A DNA stretch of 64,000 bases from Sarea resinae. Its lineage: Eukaryota. Positions 62,083 through 64,000 of the stretch are shown one piece after another. The DNA lies in assembly GCA_026026165.1 (NCBI GenBank), contig JAPEUD010000003.1, positions 310,001-374,000 of the forward strand. The letters are read 5' to 3'. Position 1 is the first letter of the stretch; each line of letters begins with the position of its first letter. The notes under the pieces are model-generated. The model was not told the origin of the DNA. It saw only the letters and a list, made by a program, of their open reading frames with translations, and made no database searches. A program made the position numbers and the translations under genes.

Positions 62083-63092
62083 ATGGCGCCTCTGATATCC
62101 TTTAAAGGCGTTCTCGTAGCCTGCGCTGTTCTTCTTGCCACCGTGTCCGCTCAGACCGACTCACAGCTCGTGGGAACATGGACGACCAAGTCACGCAAGG
62201 TCCTCACTGGCCCGGTACGTGCTCTATATATAATTCAAGCGCATGACGACGCCCGCGATATCTGCTGGGGTCGCCATGATGCTCACCCAGCGCCCATTCA
62301 ACACGAAGAGAGGACATGCAGCTGACCGAGCGTGCTTAGGGCTTCTATGATCCGGTGGGAGAGAAATTCATCGAGCCCGATCTCACGGGAATCTCGTATT
62401 CGTTCACGGCGGATGGCTTCTTCGAGGAAGCGTATTATCGAGCTATCTCCAACCGTGAGTTTCCCTATCGCAATCTTCGTCGAGCTCATCCTGATGATGA
62501 CGGCCGCCAGCAACCAACCCATCGTGCCCATCGGGCATTATGCAATTCCAGCACGGCAAATACACAGTCGCGTCAAACGGATCCCTTCTCCTGACCCCCT
62601 TCGCCGTCGACGGCCGACAACTGCTCTCCGAACCCTGCGAAGCCACCAACGCAGTCTACACGCGATACAACCAGTCCGAGATCTTCGAGGTACGCCTGCA
62701 ATCTGCATTCTCTCCCCCTCTCTCGAGAAACACTAGCACCGCTAACACGCAAGAAACTCCCACAGCGATACGAAGTCCAGACAGACGGCTACCACAACGT
62801 GCTCCGGCTAAACCTCTACCAATTCGACGGCACCCCGATGAACCCCATGTACATAGCCTACAAACCGCCACAGATGCTGCCGACGCAGACTCTGAACCCG
62901 ACCGCCACCGCCACTGGCGGCACCACCTCCACAGGCAGTAGCAAGGTGAAGCGCGGCCTGGCGGAGGAGGTCCCGAGACCGCTCAACTACCGCGTCATGC
63001 AGAAGCGCAGCGGGGTCATTGACGCGGATAAGTGGTGGTGGTTCGGCGTCGGCATGACCGCCCTGGGCGGCGTTACCTATTTCTGCTTCTAG
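62083..63092 (+). CDS. ROT1: ER membrane chaperone Rot1; 4 exons
   Basis: Signal peptide, [85 protein letters not shown]-terminal [15 protein letters not shown]. Confidence 0.94.
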
Positions 63093-64000
63093 ATTGGCTC
63101 CGTCTGCTCTGGGTTATATCTCGTCTTATCGTGTCATTTCTGAAGAGAGCTTATTACAAAAAAGAAGGCGACGAGACAAACTTTCATCATGGCCACCTCG
63201 GAGGAGCACAGACGCAGCGGAGGAGAAGCGGAGGTTGGGGCTATCTCATAGAATGACTTTTTCACGCTCAGCGGACACAGGGGGCGGGGGTGTTTACATA
63301 TCGGGATTTTTCTTTTTTCTGTTTTCGATCTCGGGTTTTTCTTTTCACCATTGCGTGCTACGCCGCCATTCATCCATCCTTCTACCTCCCATCGTTCCCC
63401 ATTTCTCTTTCTACGTTTTCTTCGTTTTTCTTTCACATCTTGATGGGCGTTCTCGTACTTTTCTTCTTATCTAGGCGTTTTTCCCGCGTGCGCGAGACAA
63501 ATGTTTTTCTCCCTGCCTTTTTCTCTGCTAAGCTAGATGGCTACATACTGAACCAGCTACTCAAGTGGGTAGCTGAGCTTATATTGCACCATTACCTTAC
63601 CTTGCCTCTTCTTACCGTGCCGTACCGTATCTGACCTTACCCTACCTTATCGTAGGTTCAGTAGGGCTCCTCTTATGAGCCGCGTACAGTAATGTCTGAT
63701 ATGAGTACCAAAAGCCATGGATGGATAGATGGACGGATGAATAGAGAAATCTCATCCTGTCTCGATACCTAGAGGATCGAGATGCTGATGTAGCCTGTGA
63801 TAAACAAACAGCCCATTAGCTTCCAATCTGCTCTGCTGCATAGATAGGAGAATCGCAGCCTCAAAGATAGATCTGTGCTCTGTGCCATTCATTCATTCGT
63901 TCATTCATTCAGACAGGCCTATGGTTGTTCCTCAAGAAGTAAAACACCGAAATCGAAATTTCCGTGGCTCTTTAGGATTTCAACAACGTTATTTTTTCAT

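Noticed and set aside
1..64000. Secondary-metabolite cluster, Starship or autonomous transposon
   Set aside because: No PKS/NRPS/terpene synthase, tyrosine recombinase, transposase or reverse transcriptase ORF is recognisable in the window.

Overview
Eukaryotic DNA from a filamentous ascomycete (Pezizomycotina), judged from intron-rich genes with GT..CTRAC..YAG splice signals and recognisable fungal proteins. I can support 21 protein-coding genes. Thirteen are housekeeping or metabolic genes: gaaB/lgd1-type dehydratase (3' part), MRP21, SNU71, SEH1, ALG7, LEU1, NUR1/mug154, VMA7, SET3-like, MTR10, SME1, FAU1 and ROT1. The rest are NPC2, a GH47 mannosidase, an SDR, a SurE phosphatase, a kelch-like membrane protein, a 20-exon Thr/Ser-rich GPI adhesin-like gene, a GH71 alpha-1,3-glucanase, and one conserved hypothetical; one further orphan gene is tentative. 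No rRNA, tRNA, CRISPR array or transposase ORF was seen. The most unusual feature is a non-coding ~1.05-kb block (18759-19801). It holds six inverted-repeat pairs of one motif (GAGACGTTCGACG...CGTCGAACGTCTC) with different spacers, a 22/24-bp direct-repeat array and two 11-bp tandem arrays, and lies next to a probable F-box-like pseudogene. Other notes: two GC-AG introns needed to keep the reading frame, both Leu3/LeuB site types upstream of LEU1, exon-duplicated modules in the adhesin, and GC-rich gene 3' ends flanking microsatellite-rich intergenic regions. Exon boundaries were read by eye and products were assigned from remembered motifs; no database search was run.
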